A DNA stretch of 64,000 nucleotides, from NCBI GenBank assembly GCA_040878345.1, contig JBBDML010000015.1, positions 20,882 through 84,881 of the forward strand. The letters are read 5' to 3'. This document shows, in pieces, positions 1 through 7,991 of the stretch (position 1 is its first letter; each line of letters begins with the position of its first letter). The notes under the pieces were generated by a model that made no database searches, was not told the DNA's origin, and was given only the letters and a program-made list of their open reading frames with translations. Origin of the DNA: Acidimicrobiia bacterium (GTDB taxonomy: Bacteria; Actinomycetota; Acidimicrobiia; Spongiisociales; ZC4RG35). The position numbers and the translations under genes are program-made.

Positions 1-67
1 TCCCGGCGCCACGTCTGGGCGGCGGAGCCGTTTCCCTTTGTCGAGATTCCGGGGGACGGAGGCGGGC

Positions 68-721
68 TCAGCCGATCAGACGGGCGGCGGTGGTGAAGAC
101 CCGGGGGTCGGGGTAATCGGCGCAGTAGTTGTAGACATAGGCAACCCGGATCATCCCGTCGGGTGCCACCACGTACTCGGCCGATTGCATCCAGGGATCG
201 TCGACCAACGGGCGGCCCTGGCTCCGACGATCCTCCTGAAAGCGGCGACCGGTGTCCTCACCGAGGTCACAGAACTCCTCCGGTGCGTCGTAGAGCGACT
301 GTTCCAGCGACCAGTGACCCAATCCGAACGCCTTGTGGGCCCGGTACCCCGGGTCGGCGAGGATGGGCGCCGGGATCTGATTGCGCTCCTGGTAGGCGCC
401 CACCCGATCGGGGTCTCCCGGCGCTACGATCACCGCCCCAAGCCCGGAGTCGAGGTACCCCTGGTACTCGTCCTGGAGACGCTGGGCACGCTCCATACCG
501 CAGCCGCAGCCGAGATGACGCCAGAGCAGGACGAGAGCAGGCCGTTCCTGCCACCAAGTCTCCAGGGCTATTGGCGCTCCCCCGACGTCCAGGACCTCGA
601 CACTCGGGGCCATGTCGCCTCGCCGCAATGGGCGTCCCTCGATCGTTGGCCCGGCCAGCCAGCCCTGCATCCAGCGGTTCTCGGCCGAGAGGGTGAGGGC
701 AAGCATGTCTCTGTCGGTCAT
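68..721 (-). CDS. Thioredoxin-fold redoxin (AhpC/TSA-like family) protein
   Basis: 217-aa ORF with a thioredoxin-like layout and a Cys-containing motif WRHLGCGCGM. Family assignment comes from general resemblance only. Confidence 0.45.
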   Translation of the reverse strand: MTDRDMLALTLSAENRWMQGWLAGPTIEGRPLRRGDMAPSVEVLDVGGAPIALETWWQERPALVLLWRHLGCGCGMERAQRLQDEYQGYLDSGLGAVIVAPGDPDRVGAYQERNQIPAPILADPGYRAHKAFGLGHWSLEQSLYDAPEEFCDLGEDTGRRFQEDRRSQGRPLVDDPWMQSAEYVVAPDGMIRVAYVYNYCADYPDPRVFTTAARLIG

Positions 722-762
722 GGGTCCTTCGGGTCGATAGGCGCCGACTCTACCGGCTGGGC

Positions 763-1869
763 TCAGCCGCTCCGGTTGTAGACATGGACCCCGTCCTCAC
801 CGATGTTCATGATCCATGTCATCGAGGTGCCGGGACGGACCCCGAGCCGTCCCCCGGTCCCCGGGTCGGATGGGCTGAACGGTTCTGAAACCGGTTCCAG
901 CCGACTAACGGCGCCGCTGGGGCTTATCGAGAGGTATCCCCCTATGCCAAGGGTCTCGTTCCCCTCCGGCGCCCCGGTGAAGAAGAAGAACAACGTCCCG
1001 TCGACCCCGGTCTCAACCTCTATCGAGCTGAAGGCCCCGACCTCAGGGTCCCCCGAGAACCGTAGGAGGAGGGTGCGGGTTATCCCCGAGTCGGGCATCT
1101 CGACCAGCACTTCGTGCTCGCTCTGGTCGAGGGTCACCCGGTAGCGGCTCCCGTCGCGGGCGATCAGCCACTCCAAGGGCTCGACGGTGCCGGTTTCGGG
1201 GTCCAGCCTTTGGGGGGTGCTGTCCTCGAAGGAGAGCCCATAGAGATGGGTCCCGTCGGTGTTGACCCAGGAGACGATGCCGCCCACGCCGATCTGGGAC
1301 AGCTCCCCATCGATGAGCCGGAGGATAGAGGTGGTCTCGTCACCGCGGAACCCGAACCCCGTGACCCAGCCGTTGTCCAATGCGATCGGCATCTGATACT
1401 GGAAGTAGATACCGCCGATCAGCAGGTCCTCCGGCATCGGTGCCTGGTCGAGATAGGCGCCGTCGGCGTCGAAGTGGGCGAGTCTGAGATTGGCGGCATC
1501 GAAGAACCACCACGTCCCGTCGGCGAGCTGGGTGCCGTACTCCGGTCCCCACATCACACTTCCTTCGCCACCTATCGAGGTGCTGAGATGCTGAGCGTCC
1601 TCTCCGTATGAGAAGAAAACCTCGGTCCACTCCGGGCCCATCTCGGTGTAGGGGGCGAGGAGGACCTCGACTGTGGCGTCGGCGGGCTGGGCCCCGCTGG
1701 TGGTGGCGACCACCGCCGACGTCGACGTGGTCGGGGCGCTGGGCGCAGTGGTGGGCGCAGCGGTGGTGGAGGAGGTGGCCAGGGAGGTGGTGGTTGCCGT
1801 CTCAGGCGAGCATGCGATGAGGATGACGACCAGGACGAGTGCTGGTGCCGATCTTCGAGGCATCAGCAC
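763..1869 (-). CDS. Hypothetical secreted lipoprotein (Ser/Thr-rich linker, beta-rich C-terminal domain)
   Basis: N-terminus MLMPRRSAPALVLVVILIACS is a signal peptide with a lipobox-like LIAC. A long T/S/A-rich low-complexity linker follows, then a globular domain. Confidence 0.5.
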   Translation of the reverse strand: MLMPRRSAPALVLVVILIACSPETATTTSLATSSTTAAPTTAPSAPTTSTSAVVATTSGAQPADATVEVLLAPYTEMGPEWTEVFFSYGEDAQHLSTSIGGEGSVMWGPEYGTQLADGTWWFFDAANLRLAHFDADGAYLDQAPMPEDLLIGGIYFQYQMPIALDNGWVTGFGFRGDETTSILRLIDGELSQIGVGGIVSWVNTDGTHLYGLSFEDSTPQRLDPETGTVEPLEWLIARDGSRYRVTLDQSEHEVLVEMPDSGITRTLLLRFSGDPEVGAFSSIEVETGVDGTLFFFFTGAPEGNETLGIGGYLSISPSGAVSRLEPVSEPFSPSDPGTGGRLGVRPGTSMTWIMNIGEDGVHVYNRSG

Positions 1870-1937
1870 AGTTTACGGTCGGCGCAGCGTCCGAAGTCCA
1901 GCAGGGAGCGGGTGGAGACAAACCTCTCCTGGTCTGC

Positions 1938-2231
1938 CTAACCCATACCTCCGAGCGCTGACCTGAACTCGTCTTCGGTGAGGGCAGCCAGGGTGGTGGT
2001 GCTCACATTCCCCTGGGCCCCCAGGGCGAGGAGCGCCTTTGCCGCAGTCATGTTGTCCGGTGCCTCGATGACGACGATGAGGTCCCACTGTCCCATGGTC
2101 AGATAAAAGTCCTTGATCTTCACTCCCATCGCGCCGAGTTGCTCCCGCGCCGCGTCGAGCCGTGCCGGGCTGTCCTTGATCCCACGCATCCCCTGGGCGG
2201 TGTAGTTACCGAGGGTTATGAATGTCGCCAT
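1938..2231 (-). CDS. GYD-domain protein
   Basis: 97 aa; MATFITLGNYTAQGMRGIKDSPARLDAA... matches the GYD-family pattern (LxxYTxQG). Confidence 0.55.
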   Translation of the reverse strand: MATFITLGNYTAQGMRGIKDSPARLDAAREQLGAMGVKIKDFYLTMGQWDLIVVIEAPDNMTAAKALLALGAQGNVSTTTLAALTEDEFRSALGGMG

Positions 2232-2296
2232 CGTGTCCTCCTTGATGGGTTGGGCGGCCCCAGAACCTACTCCCGTTCCCTGGGGGATGACCCCCG

Positions 2297-2563
2297 TCAG
2301 TCACGCGGGTAGCGGGTGACTCCTTCGGCGTGCTTGGTGGTGAACAGCTCCAGGACTTCTCCCGGTTCGGCGTGACGCCCGATTTGATGCTTGGAGAAAA
2401 GGGTCTCCCCGTCGACGGTCACGTCGAACACACCCTTGGCACCGGTGGTGAAGGTCAGGGACTCGATGATGTGCTGGTAGTTGACCAGCAGGTCACTGGC
2501 CGTGCCCACGGCACGGGCCGAATAGTCTCAAGGGACGCAGTAGGTGATGTCGATCACGTGCAT
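2297..2563 (-). CDS. SelW/Rdx-family selenoprotein (CxxU redox motif), in-frame UGA = Sec at codon 12
   Basis: The ORF track lists only 2297..2509 because of an in-frame TGA at 2528-2530. Reading the minus strand upstream of that TGA gives, in the same frame, ATG(2563) H V I D I T Y C V P UGA D Y S A R A V G T A S D L L V N Y Q H I I E S L... A GGAGGA Shine-Dalgarno sits 6 nt before the ATG. The motif ITYCVPU matches the Rdx/SelW hallmark (e.g. YCGAUGY). A hairpin (2498..2519) begins 8 nt after the UGA. Confidence 0.6.
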
Positions 2564-2664
2564 TGGATCCTCCGTTACCTGGTCCGGAGAGGATAGGGCA
2601 CCAATCGCCACCCCAGTCACCAGGGCACCTCTGTCGTTCGACCAGTTGGTGGAGGCGGTGACGA

Positions 2665-3420
2665 TCAGCCGGAGTCATGCAAGGAATCCGCCAGCTCCAG
2701 AGCGTCTTCGAGGGACTGGGTGGTCTCGATCCGATGGGTGACCCCACCCTCCTCCCAAGCCAGGACGTTGCCGGCGAGACGCGCCATGTCCTCGTGGAAC
2801 ATGCCCTCCGCATCGACATACACCAGGTAGTGAGGTCCGCCCTCCAGCCAGAACCCCGGGTTACCCCGCACCCTGATGTCCTGCACGATGACGTCGTGAT
2901 CGACGCTCTTCATGAACACCTCGGCGCCGGTGACCTCGAATTGGCTGTAGAGGATGCCCACATCGGTGTCCCCTGCGGCCGGGAGCTCCCGGTCCGATCG
3001 CCATACCATGTGAATCGCCCCACCGGCCGGTATCGCCGATCGGTACACGGCGTCGGGGGCGCCGAGCCTCGGGTCGTCGGGAGACAGCAATTGGAAGGAG
3101 ACGGTGTCGCCTGCATCGTCGAGCCCGACCATCTCACCCAGATCGAGATTGGCCCCGGCTGGAGAATCTGGCTCGGCCCAACTCACCCTGATCCCAGCCA
3201 CCTCGAGGATGTCGGCGACCGCCTGTCGGCCCCATGGTGTGGCGATCACCGTGGCCACGACGAGGAGGACCAGGGCCGCCATCTGGGCCCACCGTGGAAG
3301 GACGACCCGTGCCCACCGGACTGGTGTTGCGAGACGGCCCCTTACTGCCTTCCGCAGATCGGCTCGAGGCCAGTCGATCTGAGAGGCCACCGACGTGATG
3401 AGGCGCTCCAGGTCAGACAT
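2665..3420 (-). CDS. Anti-sigma factor-like membrane protein (downstream of ECF sigma)
   Basis: 251 aa. Cytoplasmic N-terminus, one TM segment (AALVLLVVATVIATPW), then an extracytoplasmic domain. Overlaps the sigma gene stop by 8 nt on the same strand. Confidence 0.5.
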   Translation of the reverse strand: MSDLERLITSVASQIDWPRADLRKAVRGRLATPVRWARVVLPRWAQMAALVLLVVATVIATPWGRQAVADILEVAGIRVSWAEPDSPAGANLDLGEMVGLDDAGDTVSFQLLSPDDPRLGAPDAVYRSAIPAGGAIHMVWRSDRELPAAGDTDVGILYSQFEVTGAEVFMKSVDHDVIVQDIRVRGNPGFWLEGGPHYLVYVDAEGMFHEDMARLAGNVLAWEEGGVTHRIETTQSLEDALELADSLHDSG

Positions 3421-3988
3421 CTGCCGCCTCCATGAGGTTCCGCAGTCTCCACAGCGCTCGTGAGGTCCTCGACTTCACGGTGCCGGTGGCGATCGCAAGG
3501 ACCGCGGCGGTCTCGGCCTCGGTGAGCCCCAACAGGTATCGAAGTGAGACCACCAGGCGGTATCGGTCGGGTAGCCCATCCACCGCTACCAGGACGGTCC
3601 GGGCCCTCTCCTCATCGATCACAACCGTCTCGGGGGATTGGGCCGCCTCCCCCGAAACGGGCTCCGCAGCCACACGAAGTGCCAGACGGCGTCGTCTCCC
3701 CCCGCTGCGTCGACGGTTGGCGGCTTCGTTGCGCACGATCGTCAGCAACCAGGGGCGAAAAGGGGACCCTTCACGAAAACGGTCGAGAGCCCGGAATGCC
3801 TTGACGAAGGCATCCTGGGCGACCTCTTCGGCCTCGCCATGATCCCTCACCAGGAGGTAGGCGAGTCGAATGGCAGTGCTCTGGTGTATCCGCACGAGTT
3901 CCTCAAATGCACCCAGATCACCTGACCTGGCGTCGGAAACGAGTTGTGTCTCGTCCAGTGGACGGCCCTCCACCGCAGTATCAGCCAT
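3413..3988 (-). CDS. ECF-type RNA polymerase sigma-70 factor
   Basis: Region 2 (FEELVRIHQSTAIRLAYLLVRDHGEAEEVAQDAFVKAFRAL) and region 4 (LRYLLGLTEAETAAVLAIATGTVKSRTSRAL) signatures. The start was chosen at the internal Met (MADTAVEG); the ORF track begins at 4024. Confidence 0.75.
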   Translation of the reverse strand: MADTAVEGRPLDETQLVSDARSGDLGAFEELVRIHQSTAIRLAYLLVRDHGEAEEVAQDAFVKAFRALDRFREGSPFRPWLLTIVRNEAANRRRSGGRRRRLALRVAAEPVSGEAAQSPETVVIDEERARTVLVAVDGLPDRYRLVVSLRYLLGLTEAETAAVLAIATGTVKSRTSRALWRLRNLMEAADV

Positions 3989-4128
3989 CCATACACCGCA
4001 AGGGCGATCGAGGTTCCGTCGCAATTGGAGGGAACCCGGGCGGTGAGTGCGGTGTATTGCAGTGTGATCGGGGCCAAGCCCGAGGGCGATGGCGCCTCGC
4101 TCGGAGAGATTCCGTTGATAGGAGAGAC

Positions 4129-4641
4129 ATGAGGAAGGTATTCACCATTCTGGCCGTGGCCGGTTTCGTTGCGGCGATGATGCCCAGTGCCCTCGCTGGG
4201 GGCATGGCGATAACCGCCTTCGACTCGCTGCCGGACGAGTTCGAGGCCGGCCGGACCTACACCTTGAGCTACACGATCCTCCAACACGGCGTGACCCCGG
4301 TCGACAACGCCAACTCGATGCTTGCCTTCACCAGCGTCGATAGCGGTCAGACCATCACCTTCCAAGCAACCGCCACCGGGGACCCGGGTCGTTACACGGT
4401 CGACGTGACGGTGCCCGCCGAGGGAGCCTGGGAGATGCAGGTCACCCAGGGGCCTTTCGAGGCACACGACTTCGGTGTCATCGAGATCTCACCAGCTGCT
4501 GACAATCCGGTGGCGGGCCTGTCGTGGGCCAATGTCCTCATGGTGGTCCTGCCCCTGGCCGCGGTGGCCGCCGCCTGGTACACGGTGCGGGAGCTGAGGC
4601 GGGTTCGCCAGGTTGGCGAGGTACCCACCGAGATCGGCTGA
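4129..4641 (+). CDS. Hypothetical exported protein with C-terminal membrane anchor
   Basis: ATG at 4129 gives MRKVFTILAVAGFVAAMMPSALAGG, a signal peptide. A C-terminal TM segment (LMVVLPLAAVAAAWY) follows. The first 74 codons of ORF 3907..4641 look noncoding. Confidence 0.45.
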   Translation: MRKVFTILAVAGFVAAMMPSALAGGMAITAFDSLPDEFEAGRTYTLSYTILQHGVTPVDNANSMLAFTSVDSGQTITFQATATGDPGRYTVDVTVPAEGAWEMQVTQGPFEAHDFGVIEISPAADNPVAGLSWANVLMVVLPLAAVAAAWYTVRELRRVRQVGEVPTEIG

Positions 4642-4645
4642 GTCG

Positions 4646-5023
4646 ATGAGAGTGGTCATCGAGGCGGTCTTGACGGTCGCCCTCACCCTCGCCTCGGTGG
4701 CACTCTTCCTCACCTCGAGAGATGGGGAGAGTCCGGTCGAGCCCCCGACAGGGCAGATGGTCTTCCTCTCCAGCGGATGCAACGGCTGTCACACCCTGAA
4801 TCAGACGCCGGGCAATGTCCAGATCGGCCCTGACCTGACTCATGTCGACGCCCTCGCAGGTTCTCGGGTCGACGGATTGAGTGCGGAGGAGTACATCCGC
4901 CAGTCATTGAGGGAGCCCCAAGCCTTCGTGGTCCTCGGGTATGGCCCCCAGATGCCGACCCTGGCACTCAGCGACGAGGAAGTCGACGCGCTGGTCGAGT
5001 TGCTCCTGGAGTCCCCGCCGTGA
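4646..5023 (+). CDS. Membrane-anchored class I cytochrome c
   Basis: CNGCH heme-binding motif (CxxCH). N-terminal TM helix. Internal Met at 4646 follows the upstream stop by 5 nt. Confidence 0.6.
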   Translation: MRVVIEAVLTVALTLASVALFLTSRDGESPVEPPTGQMVFLSSGCNGCHTLNQTPGNVQIGPDLTHVDALAGSRVDGLSAEEYIRQSLREPQAFVVLGYGPQMPTLALSDEEVDALVELLLESPP

Positions 5024-5252
5024 GGGCGGGGAATCCTTCCAGGACGTGGTGGTTATGGTCCGCTGACCATCGGTTGGGCTTGGCTCGATGGAGAGCGAGT
5101 AAGGACCTGATTCTCCCAGGCCACCGCCAACGGGTCGTCGTCGATCACCGCACACAGATCGTCGTCTACATCTGCTCCGAACTGTGACTCCGGCCGGGCT
5201 GGGCACCTGGCCTACGGGTAAGTGACCAAGGCGAGCCGAGAATGAATCGCGC

Positions 5253-5663
5253 TCAGCCGAAGGTGAGCCAGCCGGCCAGGGAGGCCCCGAACACGGTGAT
5301 GGGCAGGAAAGTGAATCGCTCCCACCTGGTTCCCTGGAACAGGTTGTAGATGGCGGCGATGGAGAGGAAGGCGGTAACCACCCAGCCCGTCGACCTGGAC
5401 CAGGCCGCGGGGACCGGGGAGACATCGACCGTCCCGCCGAAAGCGGCCACCACCCAGGCGGAGAGGAGCAGAAGGATGGCATATCCCAAGCTGCGCCTCC
5501 GGTACGAGGGGTGGAGCCGTCGCGGGTATCGGCCCGACCACACCAGTTCGCCCATCCGCAGACCGCCCGCCATGAGCAGGTGGACCAGCGCCATCCAGAG
5601 GAAAAGTCCGGCGGCGAGAAGGGAGAGCCACTCGGCGTCCACTTCCATCAGGATACCGCTCAC
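5253..5663 (-). CDS. Hypothetical multi-pass membrane protein
   Basis: 136 aa with 4 predicted hydrophobic helices; no recognisable motif. Confidence 0.35.
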   Translation of the reverse strand: MSGILMEVDAEWLSLLAAGLFLWMALVHLLMAGGLRMGELVWSGRYPRRLHPSYRRRSLGYAILLLLSAWVVAAFGGTVDVSPVPAAWSRSTGWVVTAFLSIAAIYNLFQGTRWERFTFLPITVFGASLAGWLTFG

Positions 5664-5773
5664 TCAACGAAGGCGTCGTAGCGCGACACGATGCACTAGG
5701 TCGGCCGGGGGTTCTCCTCTTGGTCCGCTTCATGATCCCAACGGTGAGTCGATTCCCCGCGTCGGGTGTCATC

Positions 5774-5817
5774 GGTGGGTCCCGTGGGAATCGAACCCAC
5801 AACCTTCGGGTTAAAAG
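5774..5817 (-). repeat. Partial tRNA-Lys copy (3' half: anticodon loop to 3' end); 44-bp direct repeat of 7841..7884
   Basis: Exact 44/44 match to the 3' portion of the intact tRNA-Lys at 7843..7915. Identity stops inside the anticodon loop. There is no matching 5' half, so this is not a tRNA gene. Confidence 0.8.
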
Positions 5818-6290
5818 TGTGCCGAACGTTGTTTCCTTCCGTGTCCACGGGTCGCGTTCTGCGAGGCAGTGTCGGCATTTTGGTATCGATATAGCACCCA
5901 TTCGCCTCCTCCGGTGCGGTTCTGTTTCCTCTACGGCGTTTGCAGATCGGTTTGCACATCATGAGCCAAGCTCCCGCAGGCGTTGGAGTTCACATCGACT
6001 GCCGCGCCTCGACCGGAGTCACGTCAGACGCAGACAAAATGAACCAGTCCCATTCTGCGGTCAGCAAAGCGGGGTGACCTCTCAGCGGTCTGGTCATCAC
6101 CGGGATGGGGCTGTTCTGGCGTGAGATCCTGGGGCTCATCGGCAGCCTGTTCCGCAAGTACGCGGACGAGGCAGCACAACTCAGCGCCAGCATGGTCTGC
6201 GCCGGATCGCGTAATGTCTCCGAGCTGGAAAGGAGGGGATCCGACCCGTGGTCGGCCCCCTCGGCGCGCGACGCTAAGGATCGGTTACCG

Positions 6291-7715
6291 ATGTCCCACA
6301 TGATGGTGAATTCCGAGGCGCAGCCGGTGCTCCTCCTGCTAGTCGACATCAGTGGCTACACCCGCTTCATGGTGTCGCATGAGAGGGAGCTGCGACACAG
6401 CCAGATGATCATTGGCGAGCTGCTGGAGAGCCTGATACGCCAAGTGGATGTCCCGCTGCGCATCTCCAATATCGAAGGCGACGCCCTGTTGCTCTATGCG
6501 GTGAAGAGCGGCGAGGAGGAGGTGTGGCGTCGCCGCAGCGGGAACCTGGTGGAGCGGCTGATTGTCATGTTCCGGGTCTTTGCCGAGCGTCTGTTGGAGA
6601 TCGGCGCGTACAGCGTGTGCAAGTGCGGCGCTTGCGCCACGGTAGGCAACCTCGAGCTGAAGGTCATAGCCCACTCCGGGGAAGCCCTTCTCACTCAGGT
6701 GGGGGAGTACCCGAGCTTGTCGGGGCCTGACGTCATCACCGTCCACCGCCTCGCCAAGAATTCGGTGCCGGAGGACGAGTACATCTTGATGACGGAGGCC
6801 GCCTATCTCGACCTCCAGCTTCCTGAGGGCGCAACCGTGCGGGAGAGTGTTGAGACTTACGACACCGGGACGTTCAAGACCTACATCCACCTCCCTGAGT
6901 ACGATGTCGACTACGACGAGGAAGCCATTAGGGCACATTTCTCCGACGACAACGCCGCGGTGATGATCCTGCGCGATGAGATCGCCCGCGAGTACACCGA
7001 CGTGGCGACCGTCCCAGACCGGGGCTACCACTTCAATACCGGCCGGGCAGCCCTGGCGATCAACGGCTATGAGGAGCAGTGGCTGGAGGGGATCCCAGAG
7101 TCGGCCATCGCCTCGTTCTCCGGAATGGGGAATCCGTTCTCGATGGGTATGCCGGTCGAAGGGGAGTATGTGGTGGACGTCGGATCCGGAGCCGGCCTGG
7201 ACGCCATGATCGCGGCCCGGGCGGTGGGGCGGGCCGGTTATGTAATTGGAGTGGACATGACCGAGGCGATGCTGGAGAAGGCCAACGCCGGAAAAGCCGA
7301 GTTCGGTCTCGACCAGGTGGAGTTCCGTCACGGCTACGTCGAGTCACTCCCAATACCGGATGGTTGGGCCGATCTGGTGATATCCAACGGAGTCATCAAC
7401 CTCTCCCCCCAGAAGGACAGGGCCTTCAAGGAGATCTCTCGGGGACTGCGACCGGGGGGTCGGCTCCAGATCGCCGACATCACTGTGGAGAAGGAGATCC
7501 CCGAGGGGGCCAGGCGCGACATCGACTTGTGGACGAACTGAATAGCCGGGGCGCTGCTGGAAGCAGCGCTCGAGGCCACGGTCGTGGCCGCCGGATTTGA
7601 GGGATTCGAGATCACTTCGAAAGAGGACGTGTTCAAAGGTGCCCCCCGGCCCAGCAAGGAGGTGGCCTATTTCGGCACACAAGGCATCAACTTCCGCGCC
7701 TACAAGCCCGGATAG
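6291..7715 (+). CDS. Putative selenoprotein: unknown N-terminal domain fused to ArsM-like SAM-dependent methyltransferase; in-frame UGA (7539..7541) read as Sec
   Basis: The ORF track stops at TGA 7539-7541 (...ADITVEKEIPEGARRDIDLWTN*). The same frame continues for 57 more codons (IAGALLEAALEATVVAAGFEGFEITSKEDVFKGAPRPSKEVAYFGTQGINFRAYKPG) to TAG 7713-7715. The motif LWTN-U-IAGAL aligns with ArsM LW(A/T)GCIAGAL, so the UGA sits at the conserved As(III)-binding Cys. The upstream MTase core GEYVVDVGSGAGLDA...VISNGVINLSPQKDRAFKEISRGLRPGGRLQIADI matches ArsM (VVSNCVINLSPDK). A hairpin GCGCUGCUGGAAGCAGCGC at 7551..7569 begins 9 nt after the UGA. The start was chosen at ATG 6291 (MSHMMVNSEAQPVLLLLVDISGYTRF), which has an AAGGA 11 nt upstream. 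The ORF could begin as early as 6105. Confidence 0.55.
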
Positions 7716-7842
7716 CGGGGAAGTGTGTTTGCGGCGTGGGCGGCACTCACGGGAGTTAATTCTCAGACGGATAAGCGCGGACAAGAGCAACGATGACGAA
7801 GACGCCCACCACAAGGTCGAGCCACATTTGACTTTCCTGAGG

Positions 7843-7915
7843 TGGGTCCCGTGGGAATCGAACCCACAACCTTCGGGTTAAAAGCCCGCTGCTCTACCAA
7901 TTGAGCTAGAGACCC
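7843..7915 (-). tRNA. tRNA-Lys (anticodon UUU)
   Basis: Minus-strand sequence GGGTCTCTAGCTCAATTGGTAGAGCAGCGGGCTTTTAACCCGAAGGTTGTGGGTTCGATTCCCACGGGACCCA folds as a cloverleaf. The acceptor stem is GGGTCTC/GGGACCC, with a D-arm and a T-arm GTGGG-TTCGATT-CCCAC. The anticodon loop is CTTTTAA. A genomic CC follows the discriminator base. Confidence 0.85.
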
Positions 7916-7991
7916 GGGAGATGCGCGGCCGGTTCTCGGTCACGCGCCTGCCAAGGATACAGGGCGCCGGAAACGCAGAGGACCTCGAGCA

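Noticed and set aside
68-721. Possible additional selenoprotein in the redoxin with the GCGCG motif
   Set aside because: There is no in-frame TGA, and the motif is encoded by Cys codons throughout.
5766-5850. Second tRNA-Lys gene
   Set aside because: Only the 3' 44 nt match. The upstream sequence cannot form an acceptor stem or D-arm, so it is an att-like partial duplicate, not a gene.
5990-6349. 119-aa minus-strand ORF at the 5' end of the tRNA-bounded islet
   Set aside because: It overlaps the chosen start region of the fusion MTase on the opposite strand, and no motifs or RBS were recognised. It might still deserve a check as a small islet-encoded gene (e.g. an excisionase), but nothing in the sequence supports that.
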